A stretch of DNA of 63,715 bases, the filler included, from Octopus bimaculoides (taxonomy: Eukaryota), in NCBI RefSeq assembly GCF_001194135.2. It is 7 parts of 7 records of this genome, joined end to end, with 100 filler letters (N's around TTAATTAATTAA, not from the genome) between each part and the next. Parts side by side here need not be neighbours in the genome. Positions count along the whole stretch, not along the records: positions 21,677 to 32,879 come from NC_068990.1; positions 32,980 to 42,655 come from NC_068987.1; 5 more parts are not named here. The stretch is one strand, 5' to 3'. Position numbers and translations under genes: made by a program. How positions within the stretch are numbered: the first letter of the stretch is position 1; the number at the start of each line of letters is the position of its first letter. Of the stretch, positions 23,400 through 36,060 are shown one piece after another. The notes under the pieces are model-generated. The model was not told where the DNA came from. It did not search any database and saw nothing but the letters and a program-made list of their open reading frames with translations.

Positions 23400-26300
23400 T
23401 AGTCTTGGATGACAAGCTACCTAGGAGAAAGATACGCCGAAATTAAACCTGCAGTCTCGATGAGCATCCATTGATGAGAATCTATTCCTCTTTGTGGGTT
23501 ATGCTTTTGGTACTTAGAGAATGAGATTGGGTGGGTGCAAGCCCTCTCCTCACTTTAAAAAGTTTCTGGCACGGGTATTGCTTGAGAAAATTTTGCTGAA
23601 GTTACACGAGCTCAATGAATGGGGCTGGTCGTAACCCTAAAAAAGGCTTAAATACAATTATGAGATCCATAAACTATTGGTAAGGAGATGCAAAAGTATG
23701 CAATGGACATTGTAGCGTTATCAGAGACGAGATTTCTTGGGCAAGGTGATTTTACTTAGAAATCCAGTGGCTACATATTTTATTGGAGTGGGAAAGAAGA
23801 AAAAGAAAATTGCAAAAAAGAAAGTGGTACTGCTTTTGCTCTGAAAACCTCCTTGGTTGATAAGTTAGAGGAACTGCCATACAGTGCAAACGATAGAATG
23901 ATATTGCTGAGGCTACCTTTAAAAAAAGGTCGGTATGTACCCAGTATGAATGCAAGTGATAATGAAAAGCTCTCCTTTTATGATGTATTGAACGAAAATA
24001 TCCGCAAAATTTCAATCGAGGATAAGATTATCATATTGGGTGACTTTAATGCTAGAGTTGGTAAAGATCATGAGACATGGGGTGTGATTAGAAAACAGAG
24101 TGGGAAATTGTAACAGCAATGGCTTACTTTTGTTACAGATGTGTTCTGAGCTGAATCTATTAATTATGAGCACTGCTTTTCAGCAAAAAGATAAGTACAA
24201 AACTACATGGATGCACCCTGGTTCAAAACGATGGCACCTAATAGACTACAAGATAACTAGAAAGCGAGATAAGAGAGATTTCTGTATAGTGCGAGTCATG
24301 CGGAAACAGAATGTTGGACAGATCATCGCTTGGTTCGTAGGAAGATCAAGTTTGTAGTGAAGCCATAAAGTAGACAAAGTGGCTCTGGCATCCCTAAATG
24401 TTTGAATGTGAATCTCCTTAAGGATAAAGCAGTCAGAGTAGAATTTCAGCAGAAAATCGAAAATTTGGATTGGACAGATGAGTGGATAGACTTCAGAGGA
24501 CAACTATACAATTTAAATAAAGGAGTTTTAGGAGTAAAGAAGAAACATCAAGATTGGTTTGATGAAAGTGATGGAAATATTCCACATTTGTTGGAAGGAA
24601 CACGAAAGGCATTGCATTCATTACTAGCAACTGAATCTGACCAAAATAGAACTTTTTTCAAAGAGATAAAAGCAGATGTGCAAAGAAAGATTCGAAGCAT
24701 GCAAGACACTTGGTGGCAGAAGAAAGCAGAAGAGATAGAGGCTGCTTCCAATGTTATGAACACTAAGTTATTATATACTCTCCTTCATGAGGTGTATAGC
24801 CCATCCTACTTTGGCTCATGTGAAGAATAGGAATGGTGTTTTATTGAAGGAGGCCAAAGACATCTTAAAACGATGGGAGGAACATTTCAATGAAATTTTG
24901 AATCGACTATCAGTTGTTGATGAAAAGAGTTTTGATATGATTCCACAGAATGCGCCCATTGAGTGATTAGATGACACCCCATCAGTGGAGGAAACAATAA
25001 AAGCAGTCTGAATGTAGACCTGTTTAACTTTGCGGGGTACTACTTGCTAGAAATGCTGACAGCAGTAATACAGAAGATATGTAAAAATGAAGTTATGCCA
25101 AAAACTGGAAGGATGCGGTCATGGAAGTTGTGTTCAAGGGTAACGTACAAAAAGATGAATGCAATAATTTTCGTGGTAATTACCTGATTGACACAGCCGG
25201 CAAAGTTCTATCACGAATAATGCTGGACCGGCTGCAGATATATGTGGGTGGCTAATGAGATTCTTCCTGAACCATAGAGTGGATTCAGAAATGGTAGGGG
25301 TACTGTTGACATAATCTTTTCTGCACGGCAGTTACAGGAAAAGTGTGTGGAACAGCAAATAGGACTTTATCAGGTATTCATTGATCTTACTAAGGCTTTT
25401 GAATCTGTCAATCGAACTGCCTTGTGGGAGATCTTGAAGAGACTTACATGCCCGGTAAAGTTTTTCACTATTCTGAAGCAGTTTCATGATGGCATGGAAG
25501 TAAGTATCAACATTGGCGAAAAGCTCTCGGAGCCTATCACAGTCATGAATGGGGTAAAACAAGGTGACATACTAGCACCCACTCTCTTCACCCTCTATTT
25601 TACTATAGTTTTTTTCTAATTAGCTTTCAAAGGCTCTTATGAAGGTATATATATCAGATATCGTACAACAGGAAAAATCTTTAACATCCACTCTTATTAG
25701 TGACCTCCTTTATGCAGATGACTGTGATACTGTCACTCATACTGAGGAGGAGATGCAAAATCTTATGAATGCAATTTCAATGGCTTATGAGGCACTTGGC
25801 TTAACCGTAAATCTAATCAAAATTGTCGTCATGTTTCAGCCAGCACCAGGAATACCATACATAGAACCTGGTATTTTCGTGTATGGAAGAAAACTTGCTG
25901 TGGCTTCTAAATTTGTTAACTTTGGAAGCACACTAAACATGTCAGCGAATCTTGATGATGAAGTGTCACTACGCATTCAGAAAACCAGTTTTGCTTTTGG
26001 CAAACTGGAAGACCGCCTGTGGTCTAGACATGGTATTTCCACTGCAACAAAGATTTAAGTATACAATACATGTATCTTAACCTCTTTATTATATGCTTGC
26101 GAAACTTGGACTGTATATCGTAAGCACTTAAAACTTATGGAACGTTTTCATCAACAATGTCTCAGAAGGATTTTGAGGATCAGCTGGAAAATGTTTGTGA
26201 GTGACGATGAGGTACTTGAAAGAGGGAAATGCTTCACTATTGAAACTTTGCTATTGCAGTATAGATTGAGATAGAGTGGATACTTAGTCAGAACGACAGA

Positions 26301-26933
26301 CAACAGAATGCCCAAACAACTTTTTTACAGAGAATTGGTGACAGGTAAGTGTCCATCCCACAAACCAAAGATGAGGTACAAAGAATGTCTGAAGTTGGGA
26401 TTGAATGAGATAAATGTTCCAATTGACAACTGGGAAGATTTAGCACATTACCGAGAAAAATGGAAAAAATGTTGTGTATGAAGGCAAAAATGAATTTGAA
26501 AGGAAGAGAATGGAGCGTGCAAAGATCAAAAGAAAGATGAGAAAAAATGACAGGAATGATGCTATAACAAGCATTAATGAACGTGATGATCTTACATGTG
26601 ATGAATGTGGAAAGATTTGTCTTAGTAAAGCTGGGCTAAAGAGCCACATGAAATCACACATTCCACAACCGCACATTGATTACAGATCGACAGATGATTT
26701 CGAATGCATACTGTCATAAAGTATGCAGATCGAAAAGTGGCTTGAAAAGGCATAGTAAAGTTCATGGAGCTGTAAACTATACAATCACCAAGTTTTCTTG
26801 CACTAATTGTCAAAAAGCATGCAAGTCTTTGGCAGGCTTCAAGAGCCATATTCGTACAGCTCATCGATGATATTCAAGGGTATAAAGAAATCAGGCAATG
26901 GCTCTACTCGAAATCGATTTGGCAACCATCATG
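23400..26933 (+). mobile_element. Near-full-length decayed RTE (BovB-like) LINE: APE + RT + three C2H2 zinc fingers
   Basis: APE motifs ILGDFNARVG and NSNGLLLL...TWMHP...WHLIDY. RT motifs FIDLTKAF, GVKQGDILAPTLF and LLYADD. C-terminal fingers at 26590-26870. Many stops and frameshifts. Confidence 0.95.
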
Positions 26934-27269
26934 TGTGTGTATGCGTGTGTGTGTGTGTGAGCGCGCGCTCAAGCCTCTGTGTGTTTATATAATATGCTAT
27001 ATATGAATTCTTTAAAAAGAGGTTAGCAAGCTACGTAAATATTTTGTCAGTATTCCAATATATGTTTAAAAGGTAAAGGAAGAGCAATTCTCATAAACTT
27101 GGGAGAAGTTTTTATCAAAAATCTGTAAAAGACCAAAGTAAGAAACGCTTTCTACGGCCAAATGCCCTTCCTTACACCATATCACAGACTGTAACGGGTA
27201 CTTTTACTTGTGGTACCTTCACTAGAGAAGCTCTTTTTCCTTTCTCGACAAGATTGGATAGATCTTTTA

Positions 27270-27659
27270 GCCTATGTTGATCTATTTGTCAATGTAGTCT
27301 ATAAATTTACAGTAACTACTCCAACTAATAATTTCATTTATGTTGGTTGCACAATCAACCTTAAACAACGATTATATAATCATTTTTCTTCATTTAGACT
27401 TAAACATAAAGCCAATAGCACATCATTATCTAATAAAATTTGAGAATTGAAGGAAAATGGTATCGATTTTAATCTTAAATGGGAAATCGTCAGGCGAGCA
27501 CAACCTTATAGAAATAGTAGATATGGCTGTGGATTGTGCTCTATGGAAATTTACGAAATTTTTAAACTTAAAGATAATCCTAATCTAATTAACAATAGAT
27601 CTGATCTTAGGGTTCTATGTGTGCATTGTTACTCCCGCACCTTTAAATATTTTAAAAAG
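27270..27659 (+). mobile_element. Penelope-like element, GIY-YIG endonuclease C-terminus (Neptune-like), cut by a gap
   Basis: VVYKFTV...IYVGCTINLKQRLYNHFSSF...LSNKI*ELKEN...KWEIV...PY...CGLCSME...LINNRSDLRVLCVH. Confidence 0.85.
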
Positions 27660-28655
27660 NNNNNNNNNNNNNNNNNNNNNNNNNNNNNNNNNNNNNNNNN
27701 NNNNNNNNNNNNNNNNNNNNNNNNNNNNNNNNNNNNNNNNNNNNNNNNNNNNNNNNNNNNNNNNNNNNNNNNNNNNNNNNNNNNNNNNNNNNNNNNNNNN
27801 NNNNNNNNNNNNNNNNNNNNNNNNNNNNNNNNNNNNNNNNNNNNNNNNNNNNNNNNNNNNNNNNNNNNNNNNNNNNNNNNNNNNNNNNNNNNNNNNNNNN
27901 NNNNNNNNNNNNNNNNNNNNNNNNNNNNNNNNNNNNNNNNNNNNNNNNNNNNNNNNNNNNNNNNNNNNNNNNNNNNNNNNNNNNNNNNNNNNNNNNNNNN
28001 NNNNNNNNNNNNNNNNCTTGATTTACCCCTAACCTGCTGTCCATCACTACTTAATCTATCTTCCTCTAAATTTGAAATTACTACTATCCCTCCAATTAGA
28101 TTTAAATTCTTGTTTGATTCACTAGTCTGTTAAACAGCAGCATAGTCGAGATGGTATGCTTTCTTCTCTTACTCTTGTTTTTGTAAACATCTTCAAAATG
28201 ACTTTCTAAAATGAAATTCCATTATGCAGCTGAGGAGTACATTTTCATTGTAAATTCTATGTGGTGTTCTCACTACATGAATAAATGGAGCTTGTACGAA
28301 ACGTACTACTGCTATAACCTATTGAATTTTTGTTGCTTATCTTCAAATATATATATATGATATTTAAAATATAATGTTAACACGGTATGCAAAATAGTAT
28401 TCCCGGTTTCCTGTAGCTACTGTAATTGTTGAGTATATACACACATTGGTTGCTTGTTTGTCTAGGCTTGATCAAATTGATGTAGACGCCTTTGATGAGA
28501 ATGCAATAAGATACGAAAATCGATTAAGCTTGTTCAGTCTACGGAGAAACAGCTAAATTAGCCCTGTTTATAAAGGTACTATATAGGTTACACACACACA
28601 CACACACGCAAACACACACACACACACATATAATTCACCGTCACTAAAAGTGCCC

Positions 28656-28920
28656 GAGGATGCAATGAGCACCGGCATTACTAGAATTCAGCTTCACCAG
28701 TGTGCACCGGAATTGCGAGAATTCAGTTTCACCACCAGCAATGGAGTGAGCATTACTGACGAGTATTAATTTCTGTACGAAATTTGCATGCTAATCTAAT
28801 GCAACTCGTTTGCTGTGGGGAATTGTCTCTCCTGTCGATTCAACTAGAACATTGTGCTCTATGTGGCTAAAGAGTCTATGAGTCTTATTTCTGGTAATGC
28901 CGGTGCTCATCTTCATCCTC
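28656..28920 (+). mobile_element. ~265-nt fold-back unit enclosing a hammerhead ribozyme (retrozyme-like or PLE terminal repeat)
   Basis: 28656-28686 (GAGGATGCAATGAGCACCGGCATTACTAGAA) pairs with 28889-28920. The internal extended stem I spans ~28731-28820. Confidence 0.65.
28750..28802 (+). ncRNA. Canonical type I hammerhead ribozyme, predicted cleavage after C28796 (AUC)
   Basis: GCATTA-CTGACGA-GTA(ttaatttctg)TAC-GAAA-TT(tgcatgct)AA-TC-TAATGC. All conserved core nucleotides are present and stem I is a perfect 6 bp. Confidence 0.85.
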
Positions 28921-29371
28921 AAAGACCATAAAGGCTACATCTACAGCAATCGTTTCATAAGATTTATCATTCTGTATGTGTGTGTATGTGCGCGCGCGTG
29001 TATGTGTTTGCACGTATGTATATGTGAGTGGATACGTGCACATGTGCGTGCGTGTAATTGGTTATTCAAACTTAGAGTTTCTTTTGTAATAAACAGCAGA
29101 ATGGTTACATAATACTTGTATGTCTTATCTACGTTTTCATTACATACATGCATGCATGCATACATACAGACAGACATTCATGCATAGTACACACATACAT
29201 ATATACATACATGCATATATACATATATGCATGTAAGCATGCATTCATTCATACATACATACATGCATGCATGCGTACCTACCTACATACATACATACAT
29301 ACATAATGCATGTAAGCACACATGCATACAGACAAGCATACATATATGACATACATACATACATACATACA

Positions 29372-29405
<34 letters not shown>

Positions 29406-29760
29406 CATACATACATACATACATACATCAAATCTTCAAATACATTATATCACATCATAATTACATTATTTGCTCATGGTTGTCCTTGAAAAATTTACCG
29501 TGAATCAACAACAAAGTCCAGTTGTATAAGTGGATCGTATTACTTATTATGTGTGACTGGTCAACCAATCAATAATCTGTGCCTCTAAAGTTATCCATTC
29601 AGATCGAGCGACTTGCCCCGGATCAATGTAACCCTTACACATTAACGTCCCGATCCTGCAATGAGGCATGAATGTCTGGCTTGGGTTTTAATCACAATAT
29701 CTCATCTGCACACGTCACGACTACAAATGATAGCGTAGTTCACTCACTGATCCTGGCCGT

Positions 29761-30283
29761 TGTTGTCGGTTCATTCGCTCAGCACCTAGTGATATTCGCC
29801 AGTGACTCAATAAGCTCATCTGCCAAAATAGTTCTCATCCTCTATGCTGTATCCCATGATTTCAACTTACCTGAACCAGGATACAGTAGCGGCACAAGCA
29901 GTCAGCGCCATGTGGATGAGATCTCGCGGCAGCCATTGCCATCTCCGAGACTGGAGCGAGACCTCACCTGCATCCATTTGCCATGCGCGAGCTCACAACG
30001 AGGCTCGCGATGGCAAACTATATAAAGGAAGAAGCCATGAGGTTGATCTCTTTTCCCCGCGACCGCTTGTAGAGCACACTTCACTAGTTGAGCCTCTAGG
30101 CTAGTCCGCTTGTCGCATCTCCTGAGACAATGGGCCCGCGTAACGGAGAAAGACGAATTATACCACATGAGATGGCTGCAAAGAGCAACGTACCACACCT
30201 TTGTATATATTGTAAATAAAACTAATAGAGAACCTGCGTTTTGCCTAATACTTCTTTACTCGACTGCTTGAGCCTTAGCAACA
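29761..30283 (+). mobile_element. Solo-LTR-like insertion nested in the Gypsy integrase
   Basis: TGTTG...CAACA termini, a TATA-like CTATATAAAGG (~30017) and AAATAAAA (~30215). Removing it rejoins tgg ccg t|cg atg aat aag. Confidence 0.6.
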
Positions 30284-30838
30284 CGATGAATAAGAAATTA
30301 ATGGGAGAAAGGTGATATTCAACCGATATCCAGAACCTTGCCTCTCATTATAATACAATGAAAATATCTTTAAGACCGTCCACTAGATCTATCATAATGT
30401 CTGGAGGTATTACTTTGAATTTCTTCAAAGTCATCAACAGTTTGGGGATGGGAGGCTCGAAAGCTAAAAGATAGCATTTTGTTTTGAGACGCACTTGCTC
30501 ATCAATGCGATATTTAAAATTCAACAAACCAACCTTGTTAGAGATTGGTTTATCGAATTTTTCATTAAATGCATTTGTAGTGAAACCTCTCTCTCGGCCA
30601 TTCAATCACAAATGATAACGAAGCTGCTAGCATCTAGCCTTCGGTTACCTTGGCCCTTAATGTCCTACATCCTGATTGGTTCTTATTTTTGCGCGGCAAT
30701 TGTCCCCATGTTCTGCTTGCTAAGGGGGCATTATATCCAATCGACGGCTTCAGATAAGATCACGTGAGAAGGAGTTTTACTGGGTTTCCGGTGAGCCCTT
30801 TTTCGTCTATAAATAAGCCCGATCCAACGACGGCAATT

Positions 30839-31066
30839 GTCTTCGATTTCAGATCCCTCACAGGTCTGGTCGTTGACCACACATACGTCTTCGATTTCAG
30901 ATCCCTCACAGGTCTGGTCGCTGACCACACATATACAGAACACAGCTACAGCCAGTTCCANNNNNNNNNNGTCTGGTCGTTGACCACACATACGTCTTCG
31001 ATTTCAGATCCCTCACAGGTCTGGTCGCTGACCACACATATACAGAACACAGCTACAGCCAGTTCC
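30839..31066. repeat. 48-bp tandem unit (2 copies) plus an exact duplication of 30864-30960 across a 10-N gap
   Basis: Directly visible. The duplicate across the gap is probably an unmerged contig overlap. Confidence 0.8.
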
Positions 31067-31759
31067 AGCGTCGACGTCTTCACCACCAATGTACTGTCTA
31101 CCACAATGTCGTCGCCAGCAACACCAACACCAACATCAACAAGCTCAGTTTTATCTTCACTGTATGAGTGGAGTTTCCACTCACGAACAACAGTCAGAAC
31201 TAACCAGCGAGAATATTCCGTACTAGGTAACACAGGTCGCAGCATTCGACGCTCAACACACATAGTGTGATACTACAGCTCTGCTCCTTGGCCACAACTT
31301 CCTGCGTATGAACATTCTAAATCTTGTGTAACTCTTATACGAACTGGTTTTCTCTATCTCAGTGTTTTAAGACTGTTTTACAGACACTCTTACTATGTTC
31401 TGTGTTTCCTCTCATTCATACGCACACTTGTACACTCACATATTGTATACACACTATTGCTTATATGACTGTTCGTCACTTCACATTGTTGTATACCTTC
31501 TCTTGTACACAAAGGCCTGATTTATCTACTGTCTTAATTTTATATGTCGCATGCACGCACACACAGACAAACAGTTTCACTTTGTTAATAAATTTATTCT
31601 CATTATATATCTAACGGTTGAGTTTGTCCTAAGTTCTTTTACGGGCACAATGGCTCGTATCTCTCTTACGACGAGCCTTCCAACTTATATATCTTGTTTT
31701 GTGTTCGACCGTGCGACATGGTAAAAAGGAGCCTTTTACCGTCTACGTCGCCATCTCCT

Positions 31760-32470
31760 TTGGTTCGCACGGTCGAAGTATTACACATTGATACAAATGA
31801 AATACCCAACAAAAGTAAGTTTTTGAACGAAGATATTGAGTAATGCCTTATGAAAGTCTTTCTGAATGACACACATGGTAGAAGTATGATGCAAAGTATA
31901 TTTTAACGGGCAAGTAGTTTGAAGTGCTCTTCTATATGTTCTTGTAATTTTTAATAGAGCATTAGTGTACATACTCTATTTCTCTTCTCAGTATGAAATG
32001 TTGTCCACTGACTGAATAGATGAGATGCAATTTTGAAAGTTCTATCAACAAAGTCGTCATTTTTATTTAACAAAATTTGCAGATTTTCTTCTCTGATAAG
32101 GATTTTAAAAACTCTATGAGGATCATCCAAACAACAAGTACTCCCTCTCAGTATAGTTTTCATCAGTTCATTATTCGTACCAGTTCATCATCCAACTTCT
32201 GTTTTTGTCCTATCAATCTCTGGATAGATGTATTTTAAAACTTGAACAACTGTGATAGAATGATCAGTGTAGTGAAACTACCTCCCGCCATTAGATACAA
32301 ACTACTATCGCCATTACATACAATCTTCTCATTTAAATATAAATAAATGCGAGCGTAGTAGAGAACCCATTCCTTGTCCATCACGTGACTGATCATTATT
32401 CGAATCGGCAACTTCTTCGAACCGTTGCTAAAGATTGTTTTACTTGACATATCACAGGTAGTCAACTACC
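31760..32470 (-). mobile_element. Decayed MULE (Mutator-like) transposase
   Basis: DRTFKIASHLFSQWTTFH...YTNALLKITRTYRRAL...KDFHKALLN resembles the MULE motif DGTF..AP..F.Q...IH...YALL..K...TY...DFE.A..N. Confidence 0.65.
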
Positions 32471-32569
32471 ATAGAGTAGACAACCCCATCTAGATTAAGT
32501 TAATTGGAGACAAGTTTGGAAATTTGAAATTTAAACCACAGAGTAAAGAAGCTATACAGAATATCTTCA

Positions 32570-32791
32570 TCTTTTACTTGTTTCAGTCATTAGACTACGG
32601 CCGTGCTGGGACTATGCCTAGAATTTTTAGTCGAACGAATCGACCCAGTACTTATTTTTTTAGCCTGATACTTATTCTATCGGTTTCTTTTGCCGAACCG
32701 CTAAGTTACAAGGACGCAAACACACCAACACCGGTTGTCAAGCTGTTGGGAGGGGGACAAACACAGACACAAAGACACACACAAATAGATG

Positions 32792-32800
<9 letters not shown>
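32570..32800 (-). mobile_element. Reverse SINE 3' part (family of 58964-59388)
   Basis: TCTTTTACTTGTTTCAGTCATT...GAACCGCTAAGTTAC...AAACACACCA is the reverse of the tail at 59220-59388. Confidence 0.75.
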
Positions 32801-32873
<73 letters not shown>

Positions 32874-33069
32874 TATATANNNNNNNNNNNNNNNNNNNNN
32901 NNNNNNNNNNNNNNNNNNNNNNNTTAATTAATTAANNNNNNNNNNNNNNNNNNNNNNNNNNNNNNNNNNNNNNNNNNNNTATATATACATACATGTATAC
33001 ATATATATTTGTATATATATATATATGTGTGTGTCAATATGTGTGTGTCTGTATGTGTGTGTGTGTGAA

Positions 33070-33345
33070 TGCGCATTCCCTGGTTGGTAGGGTATTGAAA
33101 GCACGATCCTGCAGCTGTGGCTTCCATTCCCTGACTGAGTGCGGGTTGTGCTCTTGGGCAAGACACTTCATTTATCGTTGCTCCATTTCATTCAGTTGTA
33201 AATGGGTAACAGACTAGCTTTCTGTTGGCCTCCTTGCGGAGCTAGCAGGGTAGCATCGTTCGAGTGGTAAAACGATGCAAGGAGCATTGTGACCAGCGAT
33301 GTATAAAACATCTGATAGTCTGGTCGTTCACGTGGATCAAGTGAT
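33070..33345 (+). mobile_element. tRNA-headed CORE-like SINE
   Basis: CTTGGGCAAGACACTTCA...CAGTTGTAAATGGG resembles the CORE-SINE central domain. Confidence 0.65.
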
Positions 33346-34802
33346 ACATATATATGCACGCGCGCCGGAGTATGTGTAGGTGCATACCTATGACATATCA
33401 CAAGTCTTCCTTGCCAGTCTCGCTTCAATCTAACTACTCTTCTTTTAATTCCAGCATGACTTGACAGCTTATTTCAGATATTTTTCTTTCCTCTGCTTTT
33501 CTCCTCTCCATATCTTTTCTGTAGAACAGCATAGGCTCGAAATATTAAAGACTACTATTTTACCTTCTAAAATTAACATACTGAGTTCGTTCTTCTTTCA
33601 CTTTATCTTTTTTTTTTTTAATTTTGTAATATATATTCAGTTTATCGACAAAATTCGATATCTTGTCAAAATGATTTGCAAAATTCATTGAATATTTGAA
33701 AGGATTAACAATTCGTCCAGAATACAATACTATTGTTCTGTTGTTACATGAAAAAAAAACCTAAACTGCATTTATTGGGGATTAACGTTGCCTTCAGTCT
33801 TTAAATATATATTTTCGAGAGTTATTATGCATAGACTTATTCATCGTCTGTTGTACTGGAAAACATATGTGATTGTAGAACTAGAAAGGTGATAGGAGGT
33901 ACAATTTGCTCTACGTGACTGAAGTAATGTATTGGACATAAGGTTGATGTTTTCTTAGTGATCGTTGAACTTCCAAACACTTTTGAAACAGTAGATAGTC
34001 ACTCTCCAGAGTGCATTGGAAAATGTTGGCTGTCCACTCGAAAATGTTGATATTTTGAAATTGTGGCATGGTGTTAGAAAAGCAAGGGTAAAATTCGGTG
34101 GTAAACAATCATCTACGAACTTCATTGGAAAATGATGTGAGGCAGAGAGCCATCACTGCCCGATCAATTATTCCGCAGTAACTTTCATAATAACATTCAG
34201 GGAATGTGATACGTTTGTACATCGTCAGTTTTTTTCTTTTACATGCAGGTATTAATAAGGGAGGGGTTCGTTATACTTATTATGTCACTCATGGAATAAC
34301 ATAGATTTATAGACACGTTAAATCCATTTTTGTAGTCATGGTTTTCACTATAAATTTGCCTTAAAAAAGGCGATGTTCACACTGCCCTCTGCCTATGTGA
34401 ATCAGCATTCGTATGTGAACCGTTATTGTTTAACGTTCTTCACGTCATTTCTCTTGAGACTACCCTTCTCCATTTTGCTACTTTTCATGAAGAAATTCGA
34501 TGAAGAACAGGGATGTAGAGTAGGTTTCGATAGATTAGAAACACGACTTTTGGAATAGAAAGATATTCATATTTGCATTGATTTCGGCGACTCTGAAGCT
34601 AGTTTCATTAGAACAACTTTTTTTTGGGGGGGGGGAGCACATAAAACAGGGACTACTCACCAACGTGAGATACGTTAATCTCTTTCGAAGAAGATTTTTG
34701 AGACTTTTACTACGTGTACGTCAGAAGAATAGTATTCGAGATACAGAAATTCTTCAGAGGAGAAAATATTTGAATATTAATTTACATGTTATAAAATGTA
34801 TT

Positions 34803-35183
34803 GTCGAGGCGCAATGGCCCAGTGGTTAGAGCAGCGGACTCGCGGTCATAGGATCGCGGTTTCGATTCCCAGACCGGGCGTTGTGAGTGTTTATTGAGCG
34901 AAAACATCTAAAGCTCCACGAAGCTCCGGCAGGGGATGGTGGTGAACCCTGCTGTACTCTTTCACCACAACTTTCTCTCACTCTTACTTCCTGTTTCTGT
35001 TGTGCCTGTAATTCAAAGGGCCAGCCTTGTAGCACTGTGTCACGCTGAGTATCCCCGAGAACTACGTTAAGGGTACACGTGTCTGTGGATTGCTCAGTTA
35101 ATTTCACGAGCAGGATGTTCCGTTGATCGGTTCGACTAGAACCCTCGACGTCGTAAGCGAAGGAGTGCCAACAACAGCAACAA
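34803..35183 (+). mobile_element. Full-length tRNA-derived SINE with a 12-bp TSD
   Basis: A-box TGGCCCAGTGG, B-box GGTTTCGATTCCC, (AAC)n tail, and ATAAAATGTATT at 34791-34802 and 35184-35195. Confidence 0.92.
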
Positions 35184-35249
35184 ATAAAATGTATTAGATG
35201 GGCTAGGCCTGTCTCATGGCTTAAGAGTGACATACTCTTCCACCAGCCA

Positions 35250-35440
35250 TCTATATATGAATAGAGTTTTTTTTTATAAGCAATCTTAGAACAAGCTTAT
35301 GAAGAAATATAAGACTATCGAACGAGAAATGCAAATGACGACTGTCCTAAGAGACATAAACATGGAAATTAAGAACTGGAAAAACTTGTCAACAAATTGC
35401 GCATCTTGGAAAAAAAATAGTTATGGCGGTAGAGAAATAC
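35250..35440 (+). mobile_element. Short RTE-like LINE C-terminal remnant
   Basis: KYKT...LRDINMEIKNWKNLSTNCASWK resembles the RTE C-terminal pattern RYKD...I...W..LA.DR..W. Confidence 0.45.
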
Positions 35441-36026
35441 ACAAAATGAATTTATTATATGGCCAAAGTTACAGCGTACAGCTTGGAACTTTAAAAAATA
35501 TTAAGATTTATGACTGTGTGACAAGTAAAGTAAGAGGGGATATGCAATATGAGAAGCAAGCATTTTCAAATATCTAACATGAACTTAAGTTTGCTGGTCA
35601 CAGGCAGCTTTACCGTAACATGTTTAGCATGTGACCTGCTAATAATACTTCCGGTAATGTAGTAATGCAATAATACATGCACGTGATGCGACCGTATACC
35701 AGTGTGATGTGCAAACGACGTTGAAAGTCAACAGCAGGCTTTAAAACACACTATAGAGCAATGCAAAGGGGGAATTTTATGAATTCACAATCGCCAAGAC
35801 CGCACACACACTCGAATCTCAGATAGAAAAAGACACTCAAAAATCTAAAATTTTTCGACCCTGAATAAATTCTGTATATAGAAATCATCAATTGCTACCG
35901 AGAAACACTATCACTAACTTCTTCCAAATGCAGATTTCCAGACTATCATGTATGTTTGTGCGAGTGCGTTTGTGTGTGTGTGTTTGTGTTTGTGTGTGAG
36001 CGGGCGTGTGTGTATGTGTGTGTGTG

Positions 36027-36060
<34 letters not shown>

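Larger units (their letters stand above)
29540..31270 (+). mobile_element. Decayed Gypsy/Ty3 integrase region
   Basis: Frame-shifted remnants CDWSTNQ.SVP, WPSMNK (across the insert), FKTVHLDL, WEARKLKDS, LVYRIFH, LRLP, DHVRR and GRSIRR match Gypsy integrase motifs in the correct order. Confidence 0.65.

Noticed and set aside
30348-30605. Minus-strand ORF superficially like Gypsy gag
   Set aside because: The + strand carries ordered integrase motifs over the same bases.
34803-34880. Bona fide tRNA gene
   Set aside because: The tRNA-like head continues into a SINE body with a tail and TSD. No stand-alone tRNA, rRNA or CRISPR array was found in the window.
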